Origin: Flavobacteriaceae bacterium
Lineage (GTDB): Bacteria > Bacteroidota > Bacteroidia > Flavobacteriales > Flavobacteriaceae
Length of the DNA: 64,000 nucleotides
NCBI GenBank assembly: GCA_038107695.1
Contig: JAYNHF010000004.1
Coordinates: 8,576-72,575 of the forward strand
Direction of reading: 5' to 3'
Under the pieces are notes generated by a model that searched no databases, was not told the origin of the DNA, and saw only the letters and a program-made list of their open reading frames with translations. The position numbers and the translations under genes were made by a program. Below, piece by piece: positions 10,812 through 21,423 of the stretch (position 1 is its first letter; every line of letters starts with the position of its first letter).

Positions 10812-12485
10812 TTAATTATCAGTCACACAACCCTGAGAGGCTGTCGATACACTTTTTATGTACTTGTACAAAACTCCTTTTGAGAATTTGTACGGGGGTT
10901 GCACCCATTTATTTTTTCTTTTATCAATTTCTTGATCCGACAAATCCACACTTAAGGTATTGGTTTCTGCATCAATGGTGATTAGGTCACCATCCTCCAA
11001 TAACCCAATAACCCCACCTTCCTGGGCTTCGGGAACGATATGTCCCACCACAAAACCGTGGGTTCCACCTGAAAATCTGCCGTCAGTAATCAAGGCAACG
11101 TCTTTCCCCAATCCAGCTCCCATGATAGCAGCGGTAGGTTTTAACATTTCGGGCATGCCGGGACCGCCTTTTGGTCCTTCGTAACGGATCACCACTACAT
11201 CTCCTTTTTTTACTTTTCCTGATCTGATTCCGTCATTGGCGTCATATTCACCGTCAAAAACACGGGCAGGGCCGATAAATTTCAATCCCTCTTTGCCTGT
11301 AATTTTAGCTACAGATCCTTCTAAGGCCAAGTTTCCTTTCAAAATTCTCAAGTGACCAGTGGGTTTTATGGGGTTATCCAGTGGTCTTAGCAAATCTTGC
11401 CCTTGCTTGAGAGAGGGAACATCTGCAAGGTTTTCTGCCAAAGTTTTTCCCGTAATGGTCATACAATCTCCATGAAGCATATCGTTTTCCAACATGAACT
11501 TTAACACCGCTGGAATTCCTCCAATCGCATGCAGATCTTTCATCAAATATCTTCCACTAGGCTTAAGATCAGCTAAGAAAGGCGTAGCATCGCTGATGTG
11601 CTGAAAATCATCGAGGGTTAAATCGATGTTGGCTGCATGGGCGATGGCCAAAAAGTGGAGTACTGCATTGGTAGATCCCCCTAAAACCGCAATCAAACGC
11701 AAAGCATTTTCAAGTGATTTTTTTGTAACAATATCTAAAGGTTTCAGATCTTTCTCCACCAACTCCTTCATGGCAAGGCCAACGGCCTTACAATCTTCAA
11801 TCTTTTCCTGACTTACAGCTGGGTTAGAGGAGCTATAGGGCAACGACATACCCAAGGCTTCAATGGCGGAGGCCATCGTATTGGCGGTGTACATTCCACC
11901 ACAGGCTCCCGCTCCAGGACAAGCGTTTTGTATTACTTTTTTATACTCTTTTTCGTCGATTTTACCTGCTACTTTCTCTCCCCATGCTTCAAAAGCAGAA
12001 ACAACATCTAGTTCTTTGTCTCGAACACATCCTGAGGCAATGGTTCCACCGTAGACCAAAATTCCAGGTCGATTGAGGCGTAGCATCGCCATCAGTGCAC
12101 CTGGCATATTTTTGTCACATCCTACCACCGTAACAACACCGTCGTAGGACATGGCTTGAACTACTGTCTCAATAGAATCTGCAATTACATCTCTCGAGGG
12201 TAGAGAAAAACGCATTCCAGGTGTTCCCATGGAAATACCGTCACTTACTCCGATGGTATTGAAAATCAAACCCATCATTTGATGCGGTGCAATCCCATGT
12301 TTCACATGAACCGATAAATCATTGAGGTGCATGTTGCAGGGGTTACCCTCATAGCCAGTACTGGCAATCCCGATCAATGGTTTCTCAAAATCCTCTTCCG
12401 TCATTCCAATGGCATGAAGCATGGCTTGAGCGGCGGGTTGAGTGGGATCCTGCGTTACGCGTTGACTGTATTTATTGAGCGGCAT
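10812..12485 (-). CDS. ilvD: dihydroxy-acid dehydratase
   Basis: IlvD/Edd family motifs '[12 protein letters not shown]', '[16 protein letters not shown]' and '[22 protein letters not shown]'. It is the first gene of the ilvDBNC cluster. Confidence 0.95.
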   Translation of the reverse strand: MPLNKYSQRVTQDPTQPAAQAMLHAIGMTEEDFEKPLIGIASTGYEGNPCNMHLNDLSVHVKHGIAPHQMMGLIFNTIGVSDGISMGTPGMRFSLPSRDVIADSIETVVQAMSYDGVVTVVGCDKNMPGALMAMLRLNRPGILVYGGTIASGCVRDKELDVVSAFEAWGEKVAGKIDEKEYKKVIQNACPGAGACGGMYTANTMASAIEALGMSLPYSSSNPAVSQEKIEDCKAVGLAMKELVEKDLKPLDIVTKKSLENALRLIAVLGGSTNAVLHFLAIAHAANIDLTLDDFQHISDATPFLADLKPSGRYLMKDLHAIGGIPAVLKFMLENDMLHGDCMTITGKTLAENLADVPSLKQGQDLLRPLDNPIKPTGHLRILKGNLALEGSVAKITGKEGLKFIGPARVFDGEYDANDGIRSGKVKKGDVVVIRYEGPKGGPGMPEMLKPTAAIMGAGLGKDVALITDGRFSGGTHGFVVGHIVPEAQEGGVIGLLEDGDLITIDAETNTLSVDLSDQEIDKRKNKWVQPPYKFSKGVLYKYIKSVSTASQGCVTDN

Positions 12486-12697
12486 ATTGTTAATTTAATG
12501 CTAATTTAATGGCTAACAAACTTTAGCCTTTGTTTATCTTTTTTTTTACACTATGCCCAAATTAATTCAAATCATTATAACTAAATGATTGTCAATAATT
12601 TAGTAGATGTTTATTAACACATTCAAATTATAAAAAATAAAAAGGAGGTTTAATTAGTTTATATTTATGAATTAGTGCCCCTCAAAAATACCAAACA

Positions 12698-14089
12698 ATG
12701 AATAACAAAACAGATAATACGATTGATAATTTACATCAAAAACAAAAATCTTTTTTTGCGACTCAAGTCACCTTATCTAATGCTTTCAGGATTAAAAAAT
12801 TAAACGCGTTAAAAAATGAGATTAACCGCCGGGAAAAAGACATTTTTGAAGCTTTAAAAAAAGACCTTGGGAAGTCGAGTTTTGAATCGATGACTTCTGA
12901 GACTGTTTTGGTGGAAAAAGAGATCAACAAGATGATCAAGATGTTACCTCAATGGAACCGAGTCCACAGAATAAAAAGCAGTTTGATTAATTTTCCATCC
13001 AGAGACTACATCCTGCCTGAACCTTACGGTAATACTCTTGTGATCAGTCCCTGGAATTACCCTTTTCAATTGGCCGTTACACCGCTGGTTGGGGCTATTG
13101 CTGCTGGCAATACTGCTGTTTTAAAACCCTCTGAGTTTGCCCCTTTCACAGGAACTGTCATCAAAGAAATTATTGAAACTGTTTTTGATCCAGGTCATGT
13201 TGCAGTGGTAGAAGGAGATGCAACCACTGCTACCTTTTTACTGGAAAAGAAATGGGATTTTATCATGTTTACGGGCAGTACCGCTGTTGGTAAGATCATT
13301 GCCAAAGCTGCCGCTGAAAATCTCACCCCTACTACCTTAGAGCTAGGAGGTAAAAGCCCCTGTATCGTAGATGAATCTGCTCCCATTGGTATCACTTCCA
13401 AAAGAATCATTTGGGGGAAATTCCTCAACTGTGGACAGACTTGTATTGCCCCTGATTATTTATTGGTTCATGAGAAAATAAAAGATCAATTGATTCAAGA
13501 ATTGATTTTAAATATCGAAAAATCATTTGGTAAAAAGCAAGAAAAGTCAGCAGACTACGGAAGAATTGCCCACAAAAGACATTTCCAAAAACTTAAGACT
13601 TCTCTCAAAGACCAAAAAATCATCTATGGAGGTCAAACGGATGATAAAAATTTATTCTTTGGTCCTACATTGGTTGAAAATCCTGCTTTGGATAGTGAAA
13701 TCATGCAGGAAGAAATTTTCGGTCCTATCCTGCCCATCATCACCTTTAAAGAAGAAAAAGAAATTGATGAAATCTTGGAAAAAAGAGAACGTCCTTTGGC
13801 TTTTTATGTGTTTTCAAAGAGAAAGAAGTTCATCGATCGACTTTTCCATCGCTACTCTTTTGGCGGGGGTGTAGCCAATGACTCAATCATACAGTTCGCT
13901 AATGACAACCTTCCCTTCGGAGGAGTTGGTCATAGTGGTATGGGGGCTTACCACGGCAAATACAGTTTCAAAAACTTTTCTCATGAAAAACCTATTATTA
14001 AGAGAGGTTTTTGGTTTGACATCCCTGGCCGCTATGCACCTTATCCAAAGTCCTTATCTTTGTTAAAATTTTTATTAAAAAACCTTTGA
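12698..14089 (+). CDS. aldehyde dehydrogenase, class 3-like (NAD(P)+)
   Basis: 'LELGGKSPCIV' (general base Glu), 'NCGQTCIAPDY' (catalytic Cys), 'EEIFGPILPI' and 'GGVGHSGMGAYHGK', typical of the ALDH3 family. Confidence 0.85.
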   Translation: MNNKTDNTIDNLHQKQKSFFATQVTLSNAFRIKKLNALKNEINRREKDIFEALKKDLGKSSFESMTSETVLVEKEINKMIKMLPQWNRVHRIKSSLINFPSRDYILPEPYGNTLVISPWNYPFQLAVTPLVGAIAAGNTAVLKPSEFAPFTGTVIKEIIETVFDPGHVAVVEGDATTATFLLEKKWDFIMFTGSTAVGKIIAKAAAENLTPTTLELGGKSPCIVDESAPIGITSKRIIWGKFLNCGQTCIAPDYLLVHEKIKDQLIQELILNIEKSFGKKQEKSADYGRIAHKRHFQKLKTSLKDQKIIYGGQTDDKNLFFGPTLVENPALDSEIMQEEIFGPILPIITFKEEKEIDEILEKRERPLAFYVFSKRKKFIDRLFHRYSFGGGVANDSIIQFANDNLPFGGVGHSGMGAYHGKYSFKNFSHEKPIIKRGFWFDIPGRYAPYPKSLSLLKFLLKNL

Positions 14090-14814
14090 TGTCGGAAAAA
14101 AAAGTAAGCGAGGCCATTAACCATCGTCGTTCTGTTAGGGTCTTTGACAAAGAAAAAGAAATTGATTCTGCCACAGTCAAAAAATGTATTCAGCAGGCTA
14201 CGCTTGCACCCAACAGTAGCAACCTCCAACTTTGGGAGTTTTATCATATCACCCAAAAGGAAACGATTGAAGAATTAGCCAGCGCATGTTTTGGTCAACC
14301 CGCTGCCCGCACAGCCAAACAGCTCGTTATTCCTGTTGTGAGAAAAGACCTTTGGAAAAAAAGGATTGCTTCTAATGTGGCTTTCATCTACGCGGAAGAT
14401 GAAAAATCTAAAAATAAGGATCCAAAGAAGATCAAAGGAGCCATAAGCTACTACGAAAAAATATTACCAAAAATTTATGGTGTTGGAAATTTAGGAGGTT
14501 GGATCAATCATATTTTTATGCAAATCCAAGGGCTTAAAAAAGTGGTTTACCGTCAAGTCAAAAAATCTGACATGCGTGTGGTTGCTCACAAAAGTACAGC
14601 CTTAGCATCTCAAAACTTTTTGGTGAGTATGGCGGCGGAAGGATATGATACTTGTACCATGGAGGGTTTTGATTCCCTTAGGGTAAAAAAAATATTAGGT
14701 TTACCCAAAAAAGCAGAAATCAGTATGATCATTGGCTGCGGTATTCGAACTCCTCAGGGTATTTACGGTCCAAGGTTTAGGGTACCTTTCGAAGAAGTTT
14801 ATTTTCAAAAGTAA
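14089..14814 (+). CDS. nitroreductase family protein
   Basis: 'INHRRSVRVFD' and 'APNSSNLQLWEF' are typical of FMN nitroreductases. The ORF track starts at TTG 14086, but the ATG at 14089 overlaps the upstream TGA by one base (TGATG), suggesting translational coupling. Confidence 0.75.
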   Translation: MSEKKVSEAINHRRSVRVFDKEKEIDSATVKKCIQQATLAPNSSNLQLWEFYHITQKETIEELASACFGQPAARTAKQLVIPVVRKDLWKKRIASNVAFIYAEDEKSKNKDPKKIKGAISYYEKILPKIYGVGNLGGWINHIFMQIQGLKKVVYRQVKKSDMRVVAHKSTALASQNFLVSMAAEGYDTCTMEGFDSLRVKKILGLPKKAEISMIIGCGIRTPQGIYGPRFRVPFEEVYFQK

Positions 14815-14823
14815 ATAAACTTC

Positions 14824-16359
14824 TCAGCCCAACCAGCCTTCACGATCCAAACTACGGTACTGAATGGCTTCAGCGATATGATCTGAGCTAATGTCTTTTT
14901 GGGCTTCGAGATCTGCCAAAGTCCTAGAAACTTTTAAAATACGATCATAAGCTCTAGCCGATAGGTTGAGACTTTTCATAGCGCTTTTTAGCAATTCAAA
15001 TGAATCGGTACTCAATTTACAATATTTTCGAATCTGGCGACTACTCATTTGGGCGTTGTAATGGGTGTTTTTGGATTTGTTAAAGCGAAGCGTTTGTAAC
15101 TTTCTGGCGGAAGTGACTCGGGTTCTTATGGATTCTGAAGACTCTGTCGGTCTATTGTCTGACAATTTTTCAAAGGGAACTGGCGCTACCTCTACATGCA
15201 AATCGATACGATCCAACAGTGGTCCCGAAATTTTACTTAGATAGCGTTGCATCTCAAATGAAGTAATTCCAGTATTACTTTTACCATCATTGAAATAGCC
15301 CGATGGACTGGGGTTCATACTTGCAACCAACATAAAAGAAGCAGGATATGTAACCGTGAACTTGGCACGAGAAATGGTAACCTCTCGATCCTCTAGAGGC
15401 TGTCGCATGACTTCAAGAACAGTCCGCTTGAACTCTGGTAATTCATCTAGAAAGAGTACGCCATTGTGTGCCATTGAAATTTCACCCGGTTGTGGATACT
15501 GACCTCCGCCCACCAAAGCTACATCCGAAATCGTATGATGTGGAGAACGAAAAGGGCGTATGCTGATCAAACCTTGATTTTTGATTTTTCCGACGACCGA
15601 ATGAATTTTAGTGGTTTCCAAGGCCTCCTCCAATGTCATGGGAGGTAATATGGATGGTAGTCGTTTGGCCAACATGGTTTTCCCTGCCCCGGGTGGACCG
15701 ATTAGAATAATGTTGTGCCCTCCAGCGGCAGCAATTTCCATACAACGTTTGATGGTCTCTTGACCTTTGACATCAGAAAAATCGTACAAAGGATGTTTCA
15801 TTTTAAGTTCAAAAGCTTTACGGGTATCCACCACTGTTGGGCTGAAGTGTTGACTCCCTTCAAAAAAAGCAATGACCTCGGTTAGGTCGTTCATACCATA
15901 AACTTCCAAATCTTTGACAATGGCGGCTTCTCTTTCATTTTCTTTGGGAAGAATGATGCCTTTAAAACCGTCTTTTAATGCCTGAATGGCGATGGGCAAG
16001 GCTCCTTTGATGGGTCTGATTTTACCATCCAAGGCCAACTCCCCCATCAATATGTAATCGCCAATTTTGGGTGCTGAAATTTGATTGGAGGCCGCCAATA
16101 TCCCTACCGATAGTGGCAGATCATAGGCAGAGCCTTCTTTCCGTAAATCGGCTGGAGCCATGTTGAGAGTGATTTTTTTTCCCGGAAGCTTGTATCCAAT
16201 GTTTTTGAGGGCAGCAGCAATGCGAAAATTACTCTCACGAACCGCATTATCGGGTAGTCCTACAAGGTGATAACCAACACCTTGATCAATATTGACTTCG
16301 ATGGTAATGCGTTGGGCATCCACTCCAAAAACAGCGCTTCCATATACGGAAACCAACAT
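14824..16359 (-). CDS. comM: Mg-chelatase-like AAA+ protein YifB/ComM
   Basis: N-terminal Lon-protease-like 'GLPDNAVRESNFRI', Walker A 'GPPGAGKTMLA' and 'VLFLDELPEF'. A C-terminal Mg-chelatase subunit ChlI-like region ends in 'HIAEAIQYRSLDR'. The start is placed at the 4th codon (MLVSVYGSAV); the ORF track extends to 16368. Confidence 0.9.
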   Translation of the reverse strand: MLVSVYGSAVFGVDAQRITIEVNIDQGVGYHLVGLPDNAVRESNFRIAAALKNIGYKLPGKKITLNMAPADLRKEGSAYDLPLSVGILAASNQISAPKIGDYILMGELALDGKIRPIKGALPIAIQALKDGFKGIILPKENEREAAIVKDLEVYGMNDLTEVIAFFEGSQHFSPTVVDTRKAFELKMKHPLYDFSDVKGQETIKRCMEIAAAGGHNIILIGPPGAGKTMLAKRLPSILPPMTLEEALETTKIHSVVGKIKNQGLISIRPFRSPHHTISDVALVGGGQYPQPGEISMAHNGVLFLDELPEFKRTVLEVMRQPLEDREVTISRAKFTVTYPASFMLVASMNPSPSGYFNDGKSNTGITSFEMQRYLSKISGPLLDRIDLHVEVAPVPFEKLSDNRPTESSESIRTRVTSARKLQTLRFNKSKNTHYNAQMSSRQIRKYCKLSTDSFELLKSAMKSLNLSARAYDRILKVSRTLADLEAQKDISSDHIAEAIQYRSLDREGWLG

Positions 16360-16484
16360 AAGTAACAATTAAGAAATGGTATCTAAATTTATAAAATATT
16401 TGAACTAAATCAATACCTTTCCCTAGCACAAAAATTGTTTTCCTTATTTGAGGCAATCAAAATTAAGCTTTACATTAGTGCTCT

Positions 16485-17246
16485 ATGCGACCTTACATCC
16501 TATCAGAGAACACTTGGAAAGATCTTAAAACGGAGCGTTTTGAGCTGGCCGTCTTGCCTTGGGGAGCTACCGAGGCGCACAACTATCATTTACCTTATGG
16601 AACCGATGTGTTTGAAGCCGATGCCATAGCCGCTGAATCGGGACGAAAAGCATGGGAAAAAGGTTCCAGGGTAGTGATCCTTCCCACTGTACCCTTTGGA
16701 GTTAACACGGGACAAACTGATATCTATTTGGACATTAATATGAGCCCCAGCACACAATTGGCTGTGCTGAGGGATATTTTGACGGTACTCGACCGTCAGG
16801 GCATCCAAAAATTTTTGATCCTTAATAGCCATGGAGGCAATGATTTCAAAATCCAAATTCGAGAATTAGGATTGGAATTTCCCAAAATGTTTTTAAGCAC
16901 TTGCAATTGGTTTCAATCATTAGAAAAATCGAAATACTTCGAGGAAGAAGGAGATCATGCCGATGAAATGGAAACCAGTATCATGATGCACCTCCATCCG
17001 CAATTTGTCTTACCTCTTTCAGAGGCTGGTAGTGGGAGTGAAAAAAAGAACATCATTAAGGGATTTCGAGAAAAATGGGCTTGGACAGAACGAAAATGGT
17101 CCCAAGTCACTGAAGATACTGGCGTGGGAAACCCCAAAAAATCAACTCCTGAAAAAGGGAAAAAATTTTTTGACGATGTTACCGATAAGATCAGTAAACT
17201 GATAAATGATATTTGTGAAGCTGAACTAAATGCACTTTATGAATAA
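16485..17246 (+). CDS. creatininase (creatinine amidohydrolase) family protein
   Basis: 'LPWGATEAHNYHLPYGTD', 'LNSHGGN' and 'HADEMETS' match the creatininase-fold metal-binding pattern. Confidence 0.8.
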   Translation: MRPYILSENTWKDLKTERFELAVLPWGATEAHNYHLPYGTDVFEADAIAAESGRKAWEKGSRVVILPTVPFGVNTGQTDIYLDINMSPSTQLAVLRDILTVLDRQGIQKFLILNSHGGNDFKIQIRELGLEFPKMFLSTCNWFQSLEKSKYFEEEGDHADEMETSIMMHLHPQFVLPLSEAGSGSEKKNIIKGFREKWAWTERKWSQVTEDTGVGNPKKSTPEKGKKFFDDVTDKISKLINDICEAELNALYE

Positions 17247-17256
17247 AAGCACTTTC

Positions 17257-19431
17257 ATGTCTTTATCTTTCGAAACCATTATGATGGTCTCCTTTTTATT
17301 TTTGGGATTACATGGGGTTATGGGACAAAAAATCAATCAAGATTACGTCCTGAAAATTAATAAAACTGATGAACGTATTATACTCGACGGTCAGTTGAAC
17401 GAGACTGTTTGGGAAACGACCCACGTAGCTGGAGATTTTTCGATGATTCTTCCACAAGACGATCGAAAAGCCACCCAACACTCTGAGGTAAGGGTGACCT
17501 ATGATGACAAGAACCTTTACATTGCTGTGATTTTTTTTAACAATACCATAAAAGGAGATTATGTGGTCGAATCATACAAAAGGGATTTCAGCTTTGGAAA
17601 GAACGATAATTTTCTGGTGGCCATTGATCCCTTCAACAACACGACTACGGGTTTCGCTTTTGGACTCAATACCTATGGTGCTCAGTGGGATGGCACCATG
17701 TATGACGGACGAAGCGTTGATTTGAATTGGGATACAAAATGGTATTCTGAGGTAACTTTTGGTGAAGATAAGTGGACCGCAGAAATCGCCATTCCATTCA
17801 AATCCATTCGTTACAAGGACAACCTAAAACAGTGGGGAATCAGTTTCAGTCGTTTGGATTTGAAAGCCAGTGAAAAATCGGGTTGGACTCCCGTTCCTCG
17901 TCAATTCCCGTCCATAACAATGGCCTATTCTGGGGTTCTAGAGTGGGACAATCCGCCCCCTACTCAGGGCTCTAATGTTTCATTCATTCCCTACCTATCC
18001 GGAGAAATCGACAGCCCTCAAAATAGAAATAGCCAACAACAACTCAATGCAGGAGCCGATGTTAAACTCAATTTGACCTCCTCCCTTAATTTAGACGTTA
18101 CTCTCAATCCCGATTTCTCTCAGGCAGAAATAGACCAACAAGTAACCAATCTCGATCGTTTTGAATTATTCTTCCCCGAAAGAAGGCAGTTTTTTTTAGA
18201 AAATGCCGATCTATTTGCCAATTTTGGCTATGAAAACATCAGACCCTTTTTCTCCAGGAGAATTGGACTCAACAATCCCATAGTGGGAGGAATACGTCTC
18301 AGTGGAAACATAGACGAAAAATGGAGGGTGGGACTACTTGATATCCAAACACAAGAAGATGTGGAAAATGGTTTCGATGCCGAAAACTACGGCGTTTTCA
18401 GTTTACAACGTAAAGTTTTGGATCGATCTTCTATTGGAATGATTTTTGTCAACAAAGAACGACTGGGCAAGCTCGATACACCCTCCTCAAACCCCGATTA
18501 CAATCGAAACTTTGGATTGGAATACAATTACTTTTCGACAGATAATTTATGGAATGGAAAGCTGATGTACTTGAAATCATTCAGTCCAAATGTAACAGAT
18601 GATGATGCCATATTTGCCTCCAACCTCACCTACCGAAACAATCACTTTTTGGGCAGTTTACAAACCGAATATGTCGGAGAGAATTACAATGCCGAAGTCG
18701 GCTATGTTCCCAGAACAGAATATTTCAAATTTCAAGGTGAGTTCAGATATCTATTTTTTCCAGATAACGATTCAAAAATACTCTCTCATGGCCCTACCCT
18801 AGGCAGCGTTCAGTATTTCAATTTGCAAGGCACACCTATTGATCGTGGAACAGAGGTCGGTTACGAACTGAATTTTAAAAACAGAAGTGAGATGCTGTTG
18901 TCTGTCGAGAACCGGAAAATCGTTTTGCAAAACGCCTTCGACCCTATCAGAACCGGAATCCAAAGTCTTGAAGCCCTTACAGAACATCGATGGAATGCTG
19001 TGAAATTAGAATACAATTCAAAGCCCCAAAGTCTTTTTACCTATAATCTTGAGTCCTCTTACGGAGGCTATTATCAAGGAGGGAAAAGATGGTTTGTTTT
19101 CAGTCAAATGGGCTACCGTTTTCAACCCTACGTCGAGTTGAATTCTCTGATCAGCTACAACCACATTTCACTTGAAGAACCTTGGGGGACCAATGGATTC
19201 TGGTTATTGGGAGTAAAGTCCAATTTTACTTTTACCCGTAATATCTTCTTCTCCAACCTCTATCAGTACAATGAGCAACAAAAACTTTGGAACTTCAACT
19301 CTCGTTTTCAATGGCGTTACAAACCAGCTTCTGACATTTTTTTGGTATTCAACAGCAGTGACGCTCGTATGCCAACCGCAAACAGAAATTGGAATCTGAC
19401 CCTTAAAATCAACTACTGGATCAATTTGTAA
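17257..19431 (+). CDS. secreted CBM9-like/DUF5916-type protein (probable outer-membrane associated), function unknown
   Basis: The ORF track starts at 17230, overlapping the upstream gene. The ATG at 17257 gives the signal peptide MSLSFETIMMVSFLFLGLHGVMGQ. N-terminal 'LDGQLNETVWE...AGDF' resembles CBM9-like modules. The remainder is rich in beta-strand-like alternating patterns. Confidence 0.55.
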   Translation: MSLSFETIMMVSFLFLGLHGVMGQKINQDYVLKINKTDERIILDGQLNETVWETTHVAGDFSMILPQDDRKATQHSEVRVTYDDKNLYIAVIFFNNTIKGDYVVESYKRDFSFGKNDNFLVAIDPFNNTTTGFAFGLNTYGAQWDGTMYDGRSVDLNWDTKWYSEVTFGEDKWTAEIAIPFKSIRYKDNLKQWGISFSRLDLKASEKSGWTPVPRQFPSITMAYSGVLEWDNPPPTQGSNVSFIPYLSGEIDSPQNRNSQQQLNAGADVKLNLTSSLNLDVTLNPDFSQAEIDQQVTNLDRFELFFPERRQFFLENADLFANFGYENIRPFFSRRIGLNNPIVGGIRLSGNIDEKWRVGLLDIQTQEDVENGFDAENYGVFSLQRKVLDRSSIGMIFVNKERLGKLDTPSSNPDYNRNFGLEYNYFSTDNLWNGKLMYLKSFSPNVTDDDAIFASNLTYRNNHFLGSLQTEYVGENYNAEVGYVPRTEYFKFQGEFRYLFFPDNDSKILSHGPTLGSVQYFNLQGTPIDRGTEVGYELNFKNRSEMLLSVENRKIVLQNAFDPIRTGIQSLEALTEHRWNAVKLEYNSKPQSLFTYNLESSYGGYYQGGKRWFVFSQMGYRFQPYVELNSLISYNHISLEEPWGTNGFWLLGVKSNFTFTRNIFFSNLYQYNEQQKLWNFNSRFQWRYKPASDIFLVFNSSDARMPTANRNWNLTLKINYWINL

Positions 19432-19437
19432 TCCCAA

Positions 19438-21423
19438 CTAAAAAGCATAAGCTTTGGTTGCTTTTTTACTTTCTTTGAACCGTTCAAAACCCGATTGTAA
19501 CCACTCACTGTAAGTACTAGTATCAGTGTATTGCATCACACCATTGAGCAACGTTCCATCTGCTGAAATCATAACATAGAAAGGTTGGGAGGCAGAAGCA
19601 AAATTAAGGCTTTGGAAAGTAGCCCATTTTTCTCCAACCGTTCGAATGGTTTTGATCCTACCATTGGTATATTTAAAATCGAATTGTTCTGTGGGTGGCA
19701 GTTTATTTCTATCATCCACATACAGAGATATCACAACGAATTCGTCATTCAACAAACGAAATATCTCGGGTTGGGACCATACGTTTTCCTCCATTTTTCG
19801 ACAATTCACACAAGCCCAACCAGTAAAATCCAATAGGATGGGTTTGTCATTGGATTGAGCGAACGCCCTTCCTGTTTCAAAATCTTTAAAGCAATTGAGC
19901 CCTAATGGGCAGTCAGAATCTGAAGGATAAACGCTGTAAAACAATGGCGGTGGAAATCCGCTCAACAACGTAAGCTGTCCTACTTGATTTCTTCCCAAGC
20001 CGGGAATCAAGTAAAAAATAAACAGCAAAACCAGAAAACTAAAAAAGCGTTGTGTTTTTGAGATTTTTGAACCTTTTACATCATGAGGAAAACGCAATCC
20101 TCCCATAAGGTAAATCAACAGTAAAACCGCAATGACCAACCAAATTCCGATAAATATCTCACGCTTGAGCAGTCCCCAATTGCCTACCAGATCAGCATTT
20201 GACAAAAATTTTAACGCCAGTCCCAACTCCAAAAAACCCAATGCAACTTTTACCTTGGTCATCCATCCACCCGATTTGGGAATGGATTTTAGGGCATTGG
20301 GAAAAAAAGCTAACAAACCAAAAGGGAGAGCCAAAGCGAAGCCAAAACCTGCCATGCCCACCGTCAATTGGGTAGCTCCTCCCTCTGCCGATAATGATCC
20401 TGCCAACAGTGAACCCAAGATGGGACCAGTACAAGAAAAGGAAACAATCGCCAAAGTAAGTGCCATAAAAAACACCCCCAATACACCACCTCCGCTTGAT
20501 GCTGTGTCAGATCGGTTTCCCCAATTACTCGGCAATGTCAATTCGTAGTAGCCAAAAAACGAAAAAGCAAAAAGAACGAATACCACAAAAAAGATAAGAT
20601 TCATTACCACATTGGTAGAGAGGGTATTCAAAATCTGAGAGTCTAAAGCATCCAAAAAATGAAAAGGAAAACTCAATACAACATAAATAAGCAGAATAAA
20701 AAATCCGTACAACAAAGCATAAAAAATACCCCTACGGCTACTTCCACTTTGTTTGAGAAAAAACGATACTGTAAGGGGAATCATAGGGAAAACACAAGGA
20801 GTCAACAAAGCGATCAACCCACCAATAAATCCCAATAAAAACAAATTGAACAAGGAATTCTTACTCCTTTGATCTTGCAAATCCACCAGCAAATCTTTAT
20901 TCTTCAAAGGCAATTGCAATGCCGATGATTTTTTTAAACTTTCCGAGTCTACTATCTGCTGCTCCTCTTGTATAGCTTTGCTGGGGTCCAAAACAAAACG
21001 AAAGACCTCATTTCTAAAAATGCAGAGCTTATCATCACAAGCCTGAAAATTGATTTCACCTTTTACAACAGCAAGTTCTGGGTCAATCAGACGTATTTTT
21101 TGTTTAAAGGTTGCCCCTCCTTCAAACCAAGACAAATCAATCTCAAAAATAGGATCAAAGGCAGTAACTGCATCACTCTGCTCGGTTGCTCCAATCAGAT
21201 CAAAAGCAGTACCCACCCCCTCAAAAACAAACTGAGTGGGCAAAGGACCGTCTTCGGGTAAATGTTGTGAATAAAGATGCCATTGGTCCTCTATTGTTGC
21301 TTTAAACTGCAAAAAATATTCGGTATCGGAAAGCTTTTCTAGCTTCGTTTCCCATGTCACAGGTTCTTGAGCCTGAACACCAAAAATCCAAAAAAGAAAC
21401 AACAAAAAAACTTTTTTAATCAT
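19438..21423 (-). CDS. dsbD: thiol:disulfide interchange protein DsbD-like (N-terminal domain, CcdA-type membrane core and C-terminal thioredoxin)
   Basis: Signal peptide. The membrane core carries 'LTPCVFPMIPL' and 'SFSCTGPILG' Cys motifs. C-terminal thioredoxin fold with 'TGWACVNCRKME' (CxxC). Confidence 0.8.
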   Translation of the reverse strand: MIKKVFLLFLFWIFGVQAQEPVTWETKLEKLSDTEYFLQFKATIEDQWHLYSQHLPEDGPLPTQFVFEGVGTAFDLIGATEQSDAVTAFDPIFEIDLSWFEGGATFKQKIRLIDPELAVVKGEINFQACDDKLCIFRNEVFRFVLDPSKAIQEEQQIVDSESLKKSSALQLPLKNKDLLVDLQDQRSKNSLFNLFLLGFIGGLIALLTPCVFPMIPLTVSFFLKQSGSSRRGIFYALLYGFFILLIYVVLSFPFHFLDALDSQILNTLSTNVVMNLIFFVVFVLFAFSFFGYYELTLPSNWGNRSDTASSGGGVLGVFFMALTLAIVSFSCTGPILGSLLAGSLSAEGGATQLTVGMAGFGFALALPFGLLAFFPNALKSIPKSGGWMTKVKVALGFLELGLALKFLSNADLVGNWGLLKREIFIGIWLVIAVLLLIYLMGGLRFPHDVKGSKISKTQRFFSFLVLLFIFYLIPGLGRNQVGQLTLLSGFPPPLFYSVYPSDSDCPLGLNCFKDFETGRAFAQSNDKPILLDFTGWACVNCRKMEENVWSQPEIFRLLNDEFVVISLYVDDRNKLPPTEQFDFKYTNGRIKTIRTVGEKWATFQSLNFASASQPFYVMISADGTLLNGVMQYTDTSTYSEWLQSGFERFKESKKATKAYAF

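Noticed and set aside
10442-10981. 179-aa plus-strand ORF. Many similar 60-160-aa ORFs (e.g. 574..978, 7914..8318, 20132..20548, 35982..36377, 55497..55988) lie antisense or out of frame to strong genes.
   Set aside because: All lie inside long ORFs with unambiguous family motifs on the other strand or frame. They show low-complexity or odd composition and have no recognisable motifs, so I treat them as shadow ORFs.
12486-12697. Expected an Ile/Leu/Val-rich leader peptide or attenuator upstream of ilvD (minus strand)
   Set aside because: Reading the reverse complement I found only 1-2-codon ORFs and a weak 6-bp hairpin (GGCTAA-N6-TTAGCC) without a U-run. There is no ILV-codon cluster, so no attenuator is claimed.
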